Below, piece after piece: positions 61,281 through 64,000 of a stretch of 64,000 bases of DNA (the first letter of the stretch is position 1; every line of letters starts with the position of its first letter). The translations under genes were made by a program, and so were the position numbers. The notes under the pieces were generated by a model, which was not told the origin of the DNA, made no database searches, and saw nothing but the letters and a program-made list of their open reading frames with translations. Source of the stretch: the human T2T-CHM13v2.0 reference genome, Homo sapiens. The stretch lies in the NCBI RefSeq assembly GCF_009914755.1, contig NC_060926.1, one strand, 5' to 3'.

Positions 61281-64000
61281 TGGTGGAATCTGCAAGTGGA
61301 TATTTGTCTAGCTTTGAGGATTGCGTTGGAAACGGGATTACATATAAAAAGCAGACAGCAGCATTCCCAGAAACTTCTTTGTGATGTTTGCATTCAAGTC
61401 ACAGAGTTGAACATTCCCTTTCATAGAGCAGGTTGGAAACACTCTTTTTGTAGTATCTGGATGTGGACATTTGGAGCGCTTTCAGGCCTATGGTGAAAAA
61501 GGAAATATCTTCCCCTGAAAACTAGACAGAAGCATTCTCAGAATCTTATTTGTGATGTGCGGACTCAACTAACAGTGTTGAAGCTTTCTTTTGATAGAGC
61601 AGTTTTGAAACACTCTTTTTGTAAAATCTGCAAGAGGATATTTGGATAGCTTTGAGGATTTCGTTGGAAACGGGATTGTCTTCATATTAACCCTAGACAG
61701 TAGCATTCTCAGAAGCTTCATTGGGATGTTTCAATTGAAGTCACAGTGTTGAACAGTCCCTTTCATAGAGCAGGTTTGAAACAGTCTTTTTGTAGCATCT
61801 GGAAGTGGACATTTGGAGCGTTCTCAGGACTACGGTGCAAAAGGAAATATCTTCCAATAAAAGCTAGATAGAAGCAATGTCAGAAACTTTTTCATGATGT
61901 ATCTACTCAGCTAACAGAGTTGAACCTTTCTTTTGAGAGAGCAGTTTTGAAACACTCTTTTTGTGGAATCTGCAAGTGGATATTTGTCTAGCTTTGAGGA
62001 TTTCGTTGGAAAAGGCATTACATATAAAAAGCAGACAGCAGCATTCCCAGAAACTTCTTTGTGATGTTTGCAGTCAAGTCACAGAGTTGAACATTCCCTT
62101 TCATAGAGCAGGTTTGAAAAACTCTTTTTGTAGTATCTGGATTTGGACATTTGGTGCGCTTTCAGGCCTATGGTGAAAAAGGAAATATCTTCCACTGAAA
62201 ACTAAACAGAAGTAGTCTCAGAAACTTGTTTGTGATGTGCGCCCTCAACTAACATTGTTGAAGCTTTCTTTTGATAGGGCCGTTTTGAAACATTCTTTTG
62301 TAAAATCTGCAAGAGGATATTTGGATAGCTTTGAGGATTTCGTTGGAAACGGGATTGTCTTCATATTAACCCTAGACAGTATCATTCTCAGAAGCTTCAT
62401 TGGGATGTTTCAATTGAAGTCACAGTGTTGAACAGTCCCTTTCATAGAGCAGGTTTGAAACACTCTTTTTGTAGCATCTGGAAGTGGACATTTGGAGCGT
62501 TCTCAGGACTACGGTGAAAAAGGAAATATCTTCCAATAAAAGCTAGATAGAAGCAATGTCAGAAACTTTTTCATGATGTATCTACTCAGCTAAAAGAGTT
62601 GAACCTTTCTTTTGAGAGAGCAGTTTTGAAACACTATTTTTGTGGAATCTGCTAGTGGATATTTGTCTAGCTTTGAGGATTTCGTTGGAAACGGGATTAC
62701 ATATAAAACGCAGACAGCAGCATTCCCAGAAAGTTCTTTGTGAAATTTGCATTCAAGTCACAGACTTGAACATTCCCTTTCATAGAGGAGGTTTGAAACA
62801 CTCTTTTTGTAGTATCTGGATGTGGACATTTGGAGCGCTTTCAGGCCTATGGTGAAAAAGGAAATATCTTCCCCTGAAAACTAGACAGAAGCATTCTCAG
62901 AAACTTATTTGTGATGTGCGCCCTCAACTAACAGTGTTGAACCTTTCTTTTGATAGAGCAGTTTTGAAACACTCTTTTTGTAAAATCTGCAAGAGGATAT
63001 TTGGATAGATTTGAGGATTTCGTTGGAAACGGGATTGTCTTCATATTAACCCTAGACAGTAGCATTCTCAGAAGCTTCATTGGGATGTTTCAATTGAAGT
63101 CACAGTCTTGAACAGTCCCTTTCATAGAGCAGGTTTGAAACACTCTTTTTGTAGCATCTGGAAGTGGACATTTGGAGCGTTCTCAGGACTACGGTGAAAA
63201 AGGAAATATCTTCCAATAAAAGCTAGATAGAAGCAATGTCAGAAACTTTTTCATGATGTATCTACTCAGCTAACAGAGTTGAACCTTTCTTTTGAGAGAG
63301 CCGTTTTGAAACACTCTTTTTGTGGAATCTGCAAGTGGATATTTGTCTAGCTTTGAGGATTTCGTTGGAAACGGGATTACATATAAAAAGCAGACAGCAG
63401 CATTCCCAGAAACTTCTTTGTGATGTTTGCATTCAAGTCACAGAGTTGAACATTCCCTTTCATAGAGCAGGTTTGAAACACTCTTTTTGTAGTATCTGGA
63501 TTTGGACATTTGGAGCGCTTTCAGGCCTATGGTGAAAAAGGAAATATCTTCCCCTGAAAACTAGACAGAAGCATTGTCAGAAACTTATTTGTCATGTGCG
63601 CCCTCAACTAACAGTGTTAAACCTCTCTTTTGATAGAGTAGTTTTGAAACACTCTTTTTGTAAAATCTGCAAGAGGATATTTGGATAGCTTTGAGGATTT
63701 CGTTGGAAACGGGATTGTCTTCATATAAACTCTAGACAGTAGCATTCTCAGAAGCTTCATTGGGATGTTTCAATTGAAGTCACAGTGTTGAACAGTCCCT
63801 TTCATAGAGCAAGTTTGAAACACTCTTTTTTTAGTATCTGGAAGTGGACATTTGGAGTCCTCTCAGGACTACGGTGAAAAAGGAAATATCTTCCAATAAA
63901 AGCTAGATAGAAGCAATATCAGAAACTTTTTCATGATGTATCTACTCAGCTAACAGAGTTGAACCTTTCTTTTGAGAGAGCAGTTTTGAAACACTCTTTT

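Larger units (their letters stand above)
52140..61650 (+). repeat. ~9.5-kb duplicated block, copy 2
   Basis: Matches 33,960-43,470 at an 18,179-bp offset, with roughly 20-25 differences seen by eye. Confidence 0.9.
1..64000 (+). repeat. Centromeric alpha-satellite (alphoid) HOR array, 4-mer 680-bp unit, about 94 HOR copies; probably human chromosome 2 D2Z1 (SF2)
   Basis: The alphoid consensus motifs CATTCTCAGAAACTT..TTGTGATG, TTTGAAACACTCTTTTTGT and GGAAATATCTTC recur about every 171 bp on the + strand. Near-identical 680-bp period (ORF starts 622, 1302, 1982...). CENP-B boxes occur in alternate monomers. A 680-bp XbaI tetramer is the established description of D2Z1. The alphoid call is essentially certain; the chromosome 2 assignment is about 0.8 without a search. 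Confidence 0.98.

Noticed and set aside
622-63535. Repeated 71-aa ORF (MWNLQVDICLALRISLETG...) about every 680 bp, with 122-aa read-through forms at 20341, 38685 and 56864
   Set aside because: It starts at TTG inside a T-run of satellite DNA, has no recognisable domain, and is freely broken by stop codons (for example CAG TAA at 28.6, 31.1 and 45.2 kb). It repeats only because the HOR repeats. I used it only as a phase marker.
1-64000. CRISPR-like array (conserved motif separated by spacers)
   Set aside because: The apparent spacers are themselves periodic homologous monomers, there are no cas genes, and the sequence is typical primate alphoid DNA.
1-64000. Transposon insertion, inversion or non-satellite island
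   Set aside because: The HOR phase can be followed across the window. Every shift is explained by 1-2-bp indels, +171 or -342 bp. I saw no reverse-strand monomers, poly-A tails or Alu/L1 sequence.
1-64000. Calling this window the CENP-A/kinetochore site, or a novel biological system
   Set aside because: Kinetochore position is set epigenetically and cannot be read from sequence. Everything seen fits known alpha-satellite biology.

Overview
The whole 64 kb window is one uninterrupted, single-orientation primate (very probably human) centromeric alpha-satellite array. It is made of about 94 copies of a 680-bp four-monomer higher-order repeat (HOR; box-to-box monomer spacing 171+171+171+167 bp). 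CENP-B-box (B-type) and pJ-alpha (A-type) monomers alternate, and most HORs carry one XbaI site. This organisation matches the chromosome 2 array D2Z1 (suprachromosomal family 2), an assignment made from recall and not from a search. I found no genes, RNA genes, transposons, inversions or CRISPR array. The recurring 71-aa ORF is a by-product of the repeat. I see no previously undescribed biological system. What is worth a second look is the array's internal history: three kinds of HOR structural variant (a 5-mer with adjacent CENP-B boxes, a 2-mer, and a length-neutral hybrid 4-mer) whose junctions all fall in the same conserved monomer core; a ~9.5-kb duplication at an 18,179-bp offset; a ~2,040-bp three-HOR super-repeat; several smaller nested duplications and apparent conversion patches; and a domain depleted of intact CENP-B boxes at ~20.4-25.5 kb. 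All counts and boundaries were read by eye and need confirming by alignment.
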